Shown here: in pieces, positions 53,823-63,578 of the stretch | Layout: every line of letters starts with the position of its first letter | How positions within the stretch are numbered: position 1 is the stretch's first letter | Source of the DNA: a virus | Virus record (IMG/VR): IMGVR_UViG_3300030061_003170 | Direction: 5' to 3' (one strand) | DNA length: 64,000 nucleotides | Position numbers and translations under genes: made by a program | Notes under the pieces: generated by a model | What the model was told of the DNA's origin: nothing | The model's database searches: none | The model's input: the letters and a program-made list of their open reading frames with translations, nothing else

Positions 53823-54493
53823 CAGTAAACCTCGTCAGCCAAGCCTTTCTCAATGGCTTCTTCAGCGCTTAGATACACGTTAACCTTTCTGTTAATTAGG
53901 CTTTGAATTTGCTTTTTGCTCATCTCAGTCTCATCAGACATAGCCTGAATGTAAGATTCTTGCAGTAGGTTCATTTGCTCAAGTTCATTTTTGATTGAAT
54001 GTAACTCTCCCATAGAACCGCCGGCCACAGAGTGAATCATAATTCTTGTATGTGCCCCAACTCTACGATGCCCTTTCGTTCCACAAGCCAACATCAGCGT
54101 TCCTGCCGACATTACCTTTCCAAGGCCAATAGTTTCAATAACGACACCCTGGGCTTTAATGTGGTTTATTACATCATAAATTGCAAACATCTCGTCTGCT
54201 GCTCCACCATAAGTTGAGACATAAAGTTTGATGGGGTCAATTTCACCCTCTGAGTTCTTTTGTTTTGATAGAACGAGTAGGGCTGTGATAATTTCTGCAC
54301 CTCTTTCTTCGTTCAAGTCTCCACTGAAATAGATTGATCGAGCCTCAGGATTTTCTTCAGCGGCTCCTGCTAATAATGTCAATAAGTCGGCTGCAGTTGC
54401 TTCCTCTGACTCTTCCACTTCTTCCACTTCCGGTGGTACTTCTTTTTCTTTATCTTTTTTAGTTTTCTTTGTCTTCTTAGTAACCTTTGTCAT
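53822..54493 (-). CDS. clpP: ClpP-like protease subunit
   Basis: LYVSTYGG, GKVMSAGT (Ser), IMIH (His), YLSAEEAIEKGLAD. Confidence 0.88.
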   Translation of the reverse strand: MTKVTKKTKKTKKDKEKEVPPEVEEVEESEEATAADLLTLLAGAAEENPEARSIYFSGDLNEERGAEIITALLVLSKQKNSEGEIDPIKLYVSTYGGAADEMFAIYDVINHIKAQGVVIETIGLGKVMSAGTLMLACGTKGHRRVGAHTRIMIHSVAGGSMGELHSIKNELEQMNLLQESYIQAMSDETEMSKKQIQSLINRKVNVYLSAEEAIEKGLADEVY

Positions 54494-54530
54494 TTTAACT
54501 CCCGTGTTTGACAATTTCACAAAATAAAAA

Positions 54531-54550
54531 GGAGAGGATTGCTCCTCTCC
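54531..54550 (-). terminator. GNRA-loop terminator overlapping the clpP promoter start
   Basis: GGAGAGGA-GCAA-TCCTCTCC-TTTTTATTTT; TTGACA-N16-TATAAT at 54553-54580. Confidence 0.75.
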
Positions 54551-54587
54551 CTATTATAACACATATTTAAGGGGTGTCAAGTGATAA

Positions 54588-55121
54588 TCACTTGTTTCCA
54601 AGAGCGCGGTTAAGTCTTCTTTGTGCTCTTTTGGCTTCGTTGAGACGACGTGCAACTCGACGTGCAACTTCCTCAACAACTTCTTTTCGGCTTGGCTCTA
54701 CAGAAACACCTTCGAGCATGTCTTCAGGCATCTCAGGCTCAGGCATATCCATTGCATCCTCAGCGCCAGCCAATTCAGCATCGGCCTCCATGTCATCCAT
54801 TTCAGCATCAGCGCCCATGATTCCCTCAAGTTTCTTGCCAAGTTCAATCAAAACTCGTGCTTCTTCCTCAGTGAGGTCAAGATCGCCACTAGGTGCATCC
54901 ATTTCTGGTTCCATTTCTGGTGCATCCATTGGTTCCATATCCATCTCTTCTTTTTCTTCTTCGTGCATATCTTCTTTCATTTCATGCTTTTCTTCGTCCA
55001 TGTGAGCACCTTCTTCAAGGTCCTCATCTTTCTTGGCATAAGCCATTTCGTTTACGACAGGCATGTTGGCAAGTGATTGAAAGCGACGGATTTGTGCTTC
55101 TGATAATAATTTCTTAGACAT
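54588..55121 (-). CDS. acidic low-complexity protein, probable scaffold/internal head protein
   Basis: SKKLLSEAQIRRFQSLA N-terminus, E/D/M-rich core, VVEEVARRVARRL; AAGGAG RBS; CTATTTA at 55157-55163. Confidence 0.6.
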   Translation of the reverse strand: MSKKLLSEAQIRRFQSLANMPVVNEMAYAKKDEDLEEGAHMDEEKHEMKEDMHEEEKEEMDMEPMDAPEMEPEMDAPSGDLDLTEEEARVLIELGKKLEGIMGADAEMDDMEADAELAGAEDAMDMPEPEMPEDMLEGVSVEPSRKEVVEEVARRVARRLNEAKRAQRRLNRALGNK

Positions 55122-55190
55122 AACAGTAATTCTCCTTATATTATGTGTTACTGACATAAATAGAACTTAAAAAAGAAAAAAGACTCTCTT

Positions 55191-55514
55191 TCACAGTTCT
55201 GGGTGCTCTTTTGCTATGATGTCAAAGATGTTATCAATTTCATCGTCACCTAAGCCAAGTTTATTTACCAATTCTTCGCCCTGGTTTCTTTCGGAGCGGA
55301 TTCTTGATCTTGCTTTCTTTTGCCTAGCGGTGCCTTTCTTGTCTTTGTAATCCTCGATAAAATCCTCAATGAGGTCTTCTCTTTCAATTACTGCTTCCAC
55401 ACAGGCTCGGAAGAACTCAGATTGAGACATAGAGTGATACTCCATTCTCAACTTAAACTGAGCATGGTACTCTTCCTTGCCATAGAATGTGAACTTCTTT
55501 TTGTATTCAGACAT
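55191..55514 (-). CDS. hypothetical protein, possible ribbon-helix-helix
   Basis: KFTFY..FKLRMEYHSMSQSEFFRACV. Confidence 0.5.
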   Translation of the reverse strand: MSEYKKKFTFYGKEEYHAQFKLRMEYHSMSQSEFFRACVEAVIEREDLIEDFIEDYKDKKGTARQKKARSRIRSERNQGEELVNKLGLGDDEIDNIFDIIAKEHPEL

Positions 55515-55975
55515 TATGAGCCAGTAGAGCCAAACCCGCCTTCTCCTCTGTCGGAAATGCAGACTGGTCGATTATAAATAGTACCACTTGGCTCTTCTTG
55601 ACACTGAAAATGATAAACAGGCAATAAAACTAGTTGGGCTATCTTATCGCCAGGCGCTATCATTTGAGGCCTCATACTTACATTATGGAGATTTATGAAA
55701 ACTTCTCCGCTGTAGCCGGGATCAATTACACATGCTCCAACAAGCAGTTGTTTCTTTGATGCCATTGAGGATCTGTTCTTGACTTCCAGCATAAAACCAT
55801 GTGGAACTTCAAACCTTAGTCCCGTCTCTAGAACTACAGATTCTCCTGGTCCAACGGTTAGTGGAGAAGAATCTGCTGTCGAAGGACAATAGAACACGTC
55901 AAGCCCGGCATCAGAGGGATTTGATCGAGAGGGTGCTTTCACACCCAATCTGGTTTTTTCATACCTCAGGATCAT
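55514..55975 (-). CDS. dut: trimeric dUTPase
   Basis: DAGLD, RSSMA, VIDPGYSGE, KIAQL, RGEGGFGSTG; start MILRY after GGAGG. Confidence 0.95.
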   Translation of the reverse strand: MILRYEKTRLGVKAPSRSNPSDAGLDVFYCPSTADSSPLTVGPGESVVLETGLRFEVPHGFMLEVKNRSSMASKKQLLVGACVIDPGYSGEVFINLHNVSMRPQMIAPGDKIAQLVLLPVYHFQCQEEPSGTIYNRPVCISDRGEGGFGSTGS

Positions 55976-56204
55976 TTGTTTCCTCCGATGGCATGGATTT
56001 AAGCAAAGAATCAAACTTAATAAATGCTGTTCGCAAATGATTAAGAGATGTTTCGTATTGCTCTTTAGACATTTCTCCAAACTCTTCAGCCTGGTATGCT
56101 CCAAGATAAGCATTGAATGTCTCAGACAAAGCAAATGCTGCTACGGCAAGATCTGCCTTTGTCAGGCGGAGTGTATCCTCCGCATTTTCATTAGTTACTT
56201 CCAT
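55959..56204 (-). CDS. hypothetical protein
   Basis: Coupled ORF. Confidence 0.55.
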   Translation of the reverse strand: MEVTNENAEDTLRLTKADLAVAAFALSETFNAYLGAYQAEEFGEMSKEQYETSLNHLRTAFIKFDSLLKSMPSEETNDPEV

Positions 56205-56413
56205 TATGAAACCCCCATGCTCATTGATGCTGCACGTTGAATGTAATCAACTGCTGCTTCGATTGATGTAAATTTTGTGGTGATTGCTTTGCCATTAGAG
56301 TAAATAACAGCACAACTGTGCATAGAATCTGACCAGAACTCTACGTGACCAATACTATCTGTATTAATCGCTATTATTTCATTTTTTTGATTTTTTATCG
56401 TAATAAATCTCAT
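56204..56413 (-). CDS. hypothetical protein
   Basis: GGAGG RBS; IAINTDSIGHVE. Confidence 0.55.
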   Translation of the reverse strand: MRFITIKNQKNEIIAINTDSIGHVEFWSDSMHSCAVIYSNGKAITTKFTSIEAAVDYIQRAASMSMGVS

Positions 56414-56715
56414 TTTCCCTCCTTTTTTCTAAGTGATTCGTAGATGTCAATCAGTTGGTCAAGATCTACTTCTGTCTTCAGTAGACGATAAGCCTTTACT
56501 GTGAGGCTGATGTCTTCTTTTGTTAGCCAACCATTTTCAATGTAGTTGCCTTTTAGTTCTCGCTTCTGCTCTTTGTAAGGTTCCATAGCCTCTTCAAGTG
56601 CTTTTATTGATGCAATGTAGTCAGCCATATGCTGTTCTTTGCTTTTCTCTTCTTCTACTTGCTGATGCATTGCGACTACGTTCTGTAATCCTCTCTCAAA
56701 TCTAGTCATTTTCAC
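56410..56715 (-). CDS. small coiled-coil protein, possible dsDNA-binding (DsbA/GapR-like)
   Basis: YIASIKALEEAMEPYKEQKRELK..ENG; promoter at 56741-56769. Confidence 0.45.
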   Translation of the reverse strand: MKMTRFERGLQNVVAMHQQVEEEKSKEQHMADYIASIKALEEAMEPYKEQKRELKGNYIENGWLTKEDISLTVKAYRLLKTEVDLDQLIDIYESLRKKEGK

Positions 56716-56785
56716 CTCCTGTTTTTTTGACTATAATATTAATGTAACATACCCTCGACAATTTGTCAAGGGCTTTTTGTTACTT

Positions 56786-59700
56786 TCATGCTAACCTTGC
56801 CCAGTTCTCATCAATACGACCAGAGGTTGAGAAGCCCCAGTCCTCAGAGTATCTTGGCTTCAAGAAGTATGGCACATTAACCTGTGGTTGATCCTCGTAG
56901 TCATTACCGATGTTCCAGCATCTGACCTGGGTTGTGACAGAGTTAGAGTCAATCACAGTTACAACGTGATACCACTTCTTGTTCTTGGTTTTCTTTGAAT
57001 TGACATTTATCGGTATGCACCAACAGAACTCTTCACCACTCTCAACATACTCGCTGATTGGTGGCAAACCTTTCTTTTCAAATCTCTTGAGCAGTTCGTC
57101 GGGAACCACCAAGTTCATTGGGTAAATGCCTGTAAGATTCTGGATGTGTTCGATGAACTCATTCTTGGAGAAGTCTCCCTCTGGTAAATACTTTTCAATG
57201 TTCTCATTAAGTTTCTTCTTGGTCTTCGGCTTATCAACCACAACAGCAGACCAGAAGTGCTTGGCTCCACTGAAGCGTTCATCAATCAAATCAGTCATTG
57301 CATTAGAGCGGCATAAAGCATCCAGAGACTTCTTGTTTAGTTTCCGAGCCACTACACCCTTGTCGAACAATAAGTCCTCTGGTGAATGGAAAGGTCGCTT
57401 CTCTATGATCTCATCTATGGCTGCATCACCTAGGCCTTTGATTGTCGTGAGAGGAGCAACAAGAGTTGTACCGTCAAGAACAGTCCAGTTACGTCCTGAA
57501 GTGTTGATGTTCAATGGCTTCACGTTGTAACCTTGAGCCTTTACAATGTTGATGGCTTTTTCTTTTCTTGTCTCCGGCTCTTTGTCCAAGAACGCACAGC
57601 ACCACTCTGCATTGTAATAAGTTGCAAGCCAAGCGCACTGATAAGACACGATAGAATAAGATACAGCGTGAGACTTGTTGAAACCGTAACCAGAGAAGTA
57701 TTCAAACTTCTGCCACAGTTCATCCGCCATGTCTTCGGTCATACCTTTCTCAACACAACCAAGAACAAACTTGTTGTAAATCTCTTCTTTCTTTGCTTCC
57801 TTTGCAGGATCGAGGCCTTTCTTAGTCAGAAGTTTACGAAGCAAGTTGGCATCATCAAGACCAAGGTCTTTACCAAGATGGTGAGCCAATAGAGCAATCT
57901 GCTCCTGAAAGATAAGGAAGCCATTTGTTTCTCTTGTGTATTCCTCAATAATCTCATTCTCATAGCGAACGCTTAGCGGATCTCTGATGGCAGCAACATA
58001 GTCGTTGTGAACACCGGCAGACAAAGGTCCAGGTCGAAAGATAGATGTGATGGCAGAAATGTCAACGATAGACTTTGGCTTTGCTTTCTTTGCAAACTTC
58101 TGTGCTCCTCGCTCAGCAAACTGGAAGATACCAACCCACTTGCCCTCGTGAAAGATGTTCTCGTAGACTTCTTGGTCATCCAGGTTAATAACGTCTGGGT
58201 GGAGGTTCTTGTCGTAGTACTCCTTGATGTCAGCAAACGTTGGGTTCTCAACACCGTGATGGCGTTCAAGGATCCTGCGGATGCACTCTTCCATCATTCT
58301 AAGTGTTGCGAGACCAAGGATATCAAACTTAATGAAACCCATTGGCTCAAGTTGACGAACGTTCTGCCCCTCAGACCAAGGAGTCTGTCGGACACCCTTG
58401 GAAGCAATCAATGGCATGAACTGGTCTAGTTGCTCACCAATAACCACACCACCAGCGTGACGAGAAGTTGAACGAATCTGTCCCATCAAACCCTCAACGT
58501 GAGACTTGACACGAGGATACTGTCGGAAGAAAGCCTGGAGTGACGGTGAAAACTCGCACACTTCCTCAAAGTTAGGAGTGTACATACCTGCTTTCATACC
58601 TCTGCGCTTCTTAGCAGGGCCTGTCGCTTCACGCATCATCACAGCAGTCACTTTGTTTACCTCAGTGAAAGGGATGTCGTAGAACTTAGATATGTCCTTG
58701 ATAAGAGAACGTAGTTGTAGCGTATTGAAGTTAGAGATAGGAACAACAGTGTTGGATCCCCACTCCTCAATCAGTTTCTCTTTGAGAGTCATTGGATCAG
58801 ACACATCAAAGTCGATGTCCGGATAGTCAGTTGCATCCGCTCGTAGGAAACGAGAGAACAGCAAGCCGTATTTGATAGGATCAACCTGTGTAATGCCGAG
58901 GGCATAGGCCACAAGAGAACCAGCAGCAGAACCACGGCCAGGACCAGCGAGTTGAACCTCGTCAGTCTTGTCCACGATTGCTTTCATAGTAAGAAAATAA
59001 CGGCTAAAACCACGGTCAGAAATAACAGAGAGTTCATGATTGAGACGGTTATTGTAAAGTTCAAGCACTCCCTCAGCATCTTTAGTTCCTCTTCGTTCAA
59101 GGATTCCGAGAAGACCCTCGAAAGCCAACTGTGATAGGTAATTATCAGCGGTATGGCCAGCAGGGACGACAAAGTTAGGTAAGCGGACAGTATTGTCTGG
59201 GATAAAGTCTTCAATTCTGTCAAAAGCAATTTTATGTGTCTCTTCAAGAGATTGCAATATAAGGTCATCATTGTATTTTACTCCACATTGTTTAGAATAT
59301 TTTAAGTAGTCCTCCCACATTTGATTACCGTTCTTTGGATACAGTTCGTATTCCATTTCGTCAATGTGGTCAGGAATGTTGTTATCAAGCCATTCGGGCG
59401 CACCCTTGCCGAGCCAACCGATACGCTTGTAAAGTTCGCGGTCTTGCCACGCAGTTGGATTTGGATAGTGTGAATCGCAAGTAGATACAAGAGGAATACC
59501 AAACTCCTCGTGCATTTTGATAATGTATTGGTTTAGTTCGTGCTGTTCTGAGATACCATTCCATTGCAGTTCGCCGTACCAACGGTCACCAAAGATGTCC
59601 ATCATCTTGGTGGTCATTTCACGCATGCAACTAAGGACTGCTTCTTCACCTTGTTCTCGGTTCTCCCAGTAACAACCAGCATAAACACCACCAAGACAAG

Positions 59701-60238
59701 CGGACATAGCGATGACACCCTCGCTGTTTTCACGGAGGAGGTCAAAGTCGATGCGTGGCTTACGATAGAAGTAATCGCCTGAATAAGAGGTTGATACCAT
59801 CTTGAAGATGTTGTTCAAGCCAGTCTGGTTCATTGCAACAAGAACAAGGTGTCTCTTGCGGTTGATGTCGTGCTTGGTGGCAGACTTTGACTCCGCTTCG
59901 TTCTCAACCGTGGTTCCAGAACGTGCGTTATCAATCTGCTTAGACTTAACCTTGTCGGCTTTGTACTCCTCTAGTTTTGATCTCCATCCATCGAGAGACT
60001 CGATGAAGTATGCTTCGACACCAAAGATAGGCTTGAAGTCCTTACCTTGCTTTTTCATACGCTTAGCGTGAAGAACCTGATAGGCAAAGCCATTCATATT
60101 CCCGTGGTCGGTCAAGGCCAGAGCCTCTGACCCGTTCTTGTAAGCAAAGTCCATGTGATCTGCTGGGTAGCCAAAACCATCAAATGGTGAGCCGACACCA
60201 GAGTGAGCGTGCAATCCTACAAAATTAATCTTTTTCAT
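56786..60238 (-). CDS. dnaE: DNA polymerase III alpha subunit (family C)
   Basis: PHP LHAHS..LTDHG, GPGRGSAAGS, YPDIDFD, HAGGVVI, KFDILGL, FQEQ, YGFNKSHA. Confidence 0.97.
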   Translation of the reverse strand: MKKINFVGLHAHSGVGSPFDGFGYPADHMDFAYKNGSEALALTDHGNMNGFAYQVLHAKRMKKQGKDFKPIFGVEAYFIESLDGWRSKLEEYKADKVKSKQIDNARSGTTVENEAESKSATKHDINRKRHLVLVAMNQTGLNNIFKMVSTSYSGDYFYRKPRIDFDLLRENSEGVIAMSACLGGVYAGCYWENREQGEEAVLSCMREMTTKMMDIFGDRWYGELQWNGISEQHELNQYIIKMHEEFGIPLVSTCDSHYPNPTAWQDRELYKRIGWLGKGAPEWLDNNIPDHIDEMEYELYPKNGNQMWEDYLKYSKQCGVKYNDDLILQSLEETHKIAFDRIEDFIPDNTVRLPNFVVPAGHTADNYLSQLAFEGLLGILERRGTKDAEGVLELYNNRLNHELSVISDRGFSRYFLTMKAIVDKTDEVQLAGPGRGSAAGSLVAYALGITQVDPIKYGLLFSRFLRADATDYPDIDFDVSDPMTLKEKLIEEWGSNTVVPISNFNTLQLRSLIKDISKFYDIPFTEVNKVTAVMMREATGPAKKRRGMKAGMYTPNFEEVCEFSPSLQAFFRQYPRVKSHVEGLMGQIRSTSRHAGGVVIGEQLDQFMPLIASKGVRQTPWSEGQNVRQLEPMGFIKFDILGLATLRMMEECIRRILERHHGVENPTFADIKEYYDKNLHPDVINLDDQEVYENIFHEGKWVGIFQFAERGAQKFAKKAKPKSIVDISAITSIFRPGPLSAGVHNDYVAAIRDPLSVRYENEIIEEYTRETNGFLIFQEQIALLAHHLGKDLGLDDANLLRKLLTKKGLDPAKEAKKEEIYNKFVLGCVEKGMTEDMADELWQKFEYFSGYGFNKSHAVSYSIVSYQCAWLATYYNAEWCCAFLDKEPETRKEKAINIVKAQGYNVKPLNINTSGRNWTVLDGTTLVAPLTTIKGLGDAAIDEIIEKRPFHSPEDLLFDKGVVARKLNKKSLDALCRSNAMTDLIDERFSGAKHFWSAVVVDKPKTKKKLNENIEKYLPEGDFSKNEFIEHIQNLTGIYPMNLVVPDELLKRFEKKGLPPISEYVESGEEFCWCIPINVNSKKTKNKKWYHVVTVIDSNSVTTQVRCWNIGNDYEDQPQVNVPYFLKPRYSEDWGFSTSGRIDENWARLA

Positions 60239-60316
60239 TTAGTCTCCTTGTTTTGTTGTGTGTAAATAAAGTAACACGCCACTCAACATCTGTCAAGGGG
60301 CGTGCGTAAGTTTTAT

Positions 60317-61237
60317 TTAATTTTGTTGCATAAGTTCTCGCATCTTGAACAGGCCAATCTCCTTGTGCTTGCACTCAAGCATAATATCCATACGGTGACC
60401 AAAGGTATCAATTGAATCCCAGTAAGAGTCACTGTGTGCTTGAGGCTTGATCTTTGGATCGTTGTGCTCAACAGCACGAGACTGACTGTAGTGAACGACA
60501 GGGACGACATCGCCCCATGTTTGAAGAGCCAACTCAACGGCATCCTGTTGCGACAAGCCACCGGTACACATTGTGTGGTGATGGTAGTCATGCACGATGG
60601 GGATGCCTAATTCTTTGAATATACCATCGTACAACTCTTTGGTTGAGTATAGGCTTTCTTTATCGTCATTCTCCACGGTCAGTCGAGACCGTACAGACTC
60701 TGATAATCGACCGAAGTTCCGGCAAAAATTGCCAAGGGCCATAGGTTTATCATTGTATGCTCCTCCTACATGAATGTTTAGTTTTGCTTGCGGTGTGCGC
60801 GGTTGACACAACAAGTCCATAAGACGACCATGGATCTCCAGATCGCGAATGGTATTGAGAACAACCTGCTCGTTTGGCGAGCAAAGTTTGTTGAACGGGC
60901 CAGGATGCATTGTAAGACGAATGCCGTGCTCTTCCGCATACAAGCCGCAGTCAAACAAGGTCTCCTCGATCATCTCGAAGTCCGGAAGATCCTCAAGGGC
61001 ATACTCGGATGCCCAAGGGAATATCTCGGATGACATCCGAAAGAATGTGATGTTGTTTGCAACATTCCACTCAAGGATTGTCTTTAGATCCTTTACGTTC
61101 TGGGTAATTAGTTCCGATGCATAGTTGATACCTTTCTCTTGAAAGGTTTTCTTGCGCATTGTGCGGTTGGTTGAAACCTTTGGTTTTAGACCAGATAGTT
61201 CCATATTGATGCACGCATAACCAAGTCGATAATTCAT
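60317..61237 (-). CDS. uvsE: UV-damage endonuclease
   Basis: LGYACIN, FRMSSEIFP, RLTMHPG, HVGG, LTVENDD, DYHH, HYS, AHSD, IMLECKHKE. Confidence 0.93.
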   Translation of the reverse strand: MNYRLGYACINMELSGLKPKVSTNRTMRKKTFQEKGINYASELITQNVKDLKTILEWNVANNITFFRMSSEIFPWASEYALEDLPDFEMIEETLFDCGLYAEEHGIRLTMHPGPFNKLCSPNEQVVLNTIRDLEIHGRLMDLLCQPRTPQAKLNIHVGGAYNDKPMALGNFCRNFGRLSESVRSRLTVENDDKESLYSTKELYDGIFKELGIPIVHDYHHHTMCTGGLSQQDAVELALQTWGDVVPVVHYSQSRAVEHNDPKIKPQAHSDSYWDSIDTFGHRMDIMLECKHKEIGLFKMRELMQQN

Positions 61238-61289
61238 GTTGTCCTCCATGAATGTAATGTATCACGTTGTTGGTTTTTGTCAAGTTATT

Positions 61290-61871
61290 TTAGAAAAATT
61301 GCGAAGTATATTCGTCTTGAATTCTTCTCTTCTCACCGGCATAATTTAGGATATCATCTCGAAGCGCAAGATATGAAACCTCTTCTGGTCTTACAAGGAA
61401 CTCGAGTTTATCAATTGGAATTTGGCACTTAAACCCGTCTGATAATTCTGTTGAATAGTTATCAACAACTTGTTTATAAGATATTATTGCCATTGAATGA
61501 TTCGTGCTATCAATTATAATAAGATAGTCAGCGGTTGCCCTTAGGTCTTTTTCTTCGCTATTTTGCATTGTATTTGTTAATTTAATATCACTAGTTTTCT
61601 TTGGCTTAATATTACCGCCTTTAGTATACAAAACATTTCCTTGTGATTTTATTTCAAACTTTTTTCGCGTAGCAGGGCAAATCATATCATAACCGATTTG
61701 ATCAACCCATTCCAGTTTTCCTTTTGTTGCTTTCTCTAAACCACTCTCAAAAACGTCCGCCTTATCAAATCGATTTTTTCTTTCATTCAGGGTAGGCCCG
61801 ACGTGCTTTACCATTGTAAAAAACCCATCGTAATCAAAGTCATACTTTTCATAAAATTCTTGACGGTTCAT
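61290..61871 (-). CDS. hypothetical protein, PD-(D/E)xK/restriction-endonuclease-like
   Basis: FE..GYD..FEIKS; GGAGG RBS. Confidence 0.5.
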   Translation of the reverse strand: MNRQEFYEKYDFDYDGFFTMVKHVGPTLNERKNRFDKADVFESGLEKATKGKLEWVDQIGYDMICPATRKKFEIKSQGNVLYTKGGNIKPKKTSDIKLTNTMQNSEEKDLRATADYLIIIDSTNHSMAIISYKQVVDNYSTELSDGFKCQIPIDKLEFLVRPEEVSYLALRDDILNYAGEKRRIQDEYTSQFF

Positions 61872-61944
61872 ATTACCTCCATACAATAAGATAACACGTC
61901 CCCCAACATTTGTCAAGGGACGTGTGCAAGTTTTTTTGTTTTAC

Positions 61945-62217
61945 TTACTGATTTTTCATGCGAAGCATTCTGTCCTCGGCATATTTCTCTTTCATCGCAT
62001 CAAGACCTGCATCTAACTTATCCAGTGCTTTCTCAAGCATTATCTCCTGGTCTGTTAGTTTCTCTGCGATCTTGTCCTGGTGATAGCGAAGTGCTTCGGC
62101 TGCTCTTTTCTCGTCTGCTTCCGCATCTTTGCGTTGTTGCCAGTTCATCCACAGCAGTGATGCCGTCCATAAACCAAGCGGACCGTATTGGGCCAAGCCC
62201 TCAATTATAGCCTCCAT
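61945..62217 (-). CDS. holin-like protein (BhlA-like N-terminal TM + coiled coil)
   Basis: LAQYGPLGLWTASLLW; CTAATTA upstream. Confidence 0.5.
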   Translation of the reverse strand: MEAIIEGLAQYGPLGLWTASLLWMNWQQRKDAEADEKRAAEALRYHQDKIAEKLTDQEIMLEKALDKLDAGLDAMKEKYAEDRMLRMKNQ

Positions 62218-62418
62218 TCATAAACCCTCCATGATTTACAATAATTAGTTACTTGTTACCGTAATATCTGTAGAACCACGTAGCGCTCGCTGCTGTTGCA
62301 AGGAAAAATATAAGATTAAAGTCGATCATGTAGCACCTCTTTTTTACAAAAACTCATCCGAGTCCTTTAACTAGCGCCCGGAATAGAAAAATTTTGGCGC
62401 CGTGCTGCGCTAAGGAAG

Positions 62419-62604
62419 TTAGTCACAATCAAGTCTAGAGAGAGTCTCTTGAACGTGATAATCAAAGACACCTCTGTTTGGCCAAAACACTTTGTAAAGC
62501 CCTACCCACTTATCATAGGACGTTACGATCCCTATCCCATAGGTTAATTCATGATAGAGTGCCCGATGCATAACCAAATCTCCCTTTTCATAAACTTTTA
62601 TCAT
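62419..62604 (-). CDS. SH3/KOW-like small protein
   Basis: YEKGDLVMH..IGIVTS..YKVFW. Confidence 0.6.
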   Translation of the reverse strand: MIKVYEKGDLVMHRALYHELTYGIGIVTSYDKWVGLYKVFWPNRGVFDYHVQETLSRLDCD

Positions 62605-62613
62605 TTGCTCTCC

Positions 62614-62889
62614 CTAACAACAATCTTCTTCGCACTCTTCTATTTCTTCTTTCATCCTGTCGGTCATTCCTTTAAGAAATTCCGCTTGACTCTCTAGGTC
62701 TTTGATAAGCAACTCATTGTATGCATCTGTGATTTGCGCTTCAAATCTTGCAAAATGTCTTTTCAACATTCTGTGCGTGAAATACGTAAACACCAAGTAG
62801 ATTAATGACGGGATTAGCATTCCGTAAAAGAACGCACGCCAATACAGCGCCGAATAATAAGTGTCTATAATGATTTCTAAGTTTTCCAT
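62614..62889 (-). CDS. membrane hypothetical protein
   Basis: One TM segment; GGAGG RBS. Confidence 0.55.
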   Translation of the reverse strand: MENLEIIIDTYYSALYWRAFFYGMLIPSLIYLVFTYFTHRMLKRHFARFEAQITDAYNELLIKDLESQAEFLKGMTDRMKEEIEECEEDCC

Positions 62890-63194
62890 GTTTCCTCCGT
62901 GTTTTTAAAACTTATAATTGGTGCCCCGGTAATGGGACAATACTTCTCTGTTAATGCTCCGCAGAAATATGTGCGATGCCAAATATAATCAGGGGCATCT
63001 TCAACATATACCACAAGAGTATTGTTTATCCGCTTTACTTCAAGTATTTTTGTCTCAGAAGCAGATATAATATTATCTTGGTCTACAAATTCCAAGAAAG
63101 TTTCTAAAATTGGTTCCCACCCTATTGGACAGTAGAACTCTATCAAAATAGGTGACATAAGGTGTTCGTACTTGTCATACAGTCTTTGGCTCAT
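62877..63194 (-). CDS. hypothetical protein
   Basis: CPIGWEPIL..C..TG. Confidence 0.55.
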   Translation of the reverse strand: MSQRLYDKYEHLMSPILIEFYCPIGWEPILETFLEFVDQDNIISASETKILEVKRINNTLVVYVEDAPDYIWHRTYFCGALTEKYCPITGAPIISFKNTEETWKT

Positions 63195-63424
63195 TATATT
63201 TTTTTCACCTCGGAACACCAAACGTCTATCTCGTTACCGTCGCAGTCTGAGATTCTGTAATGGAAACCATCCACCAGTTCTTCTTCAACATAATGCTCGG
63301 GCGGATAGACTTTAATAACAACACACACTTTGTCTAAATATTGATTGATCATTAGAATTTCTGGACCAACGACAACAACGACAAGATCCCCAACCTCACA
63401 ACGAAGTCGAGGACTTATATTCAC
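63194..63424 (-). CDS. SH3/KOW-like small protein
   Basis: CEVGDLVVV..VCVVIKV..EVKKI. Confidence 0.6.
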   Translation of the reverse strand: MNISPRLRCEVGDLVVVVVGPEILMINQYLDKVCVVIKVYPPEHYVEEELVDGFHYRISDCDGNEIDVWCSEVKKI

Positions 63425-63578
63425 TGATCACCCCAATGACAATCACAAGGTGTGCATTCGCAGACTGGGCAAGATTCTTTGGCTTGCTTGGCGCTTTCCT
63501 CTTGCTTTCTTCTTCGTCTCATTGAGTAAAATTCGGAAACTCTTCTTGAACTAGCGACTGCTCTTCTAATGTTCCTCA

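Noticed and set aside
56786-60238. Intein or split in DnaE
   Set aside because: The 1150-aa length is normal, the motifs are colinear, and no intein terminal or LAGLIDADG motifs are seen.
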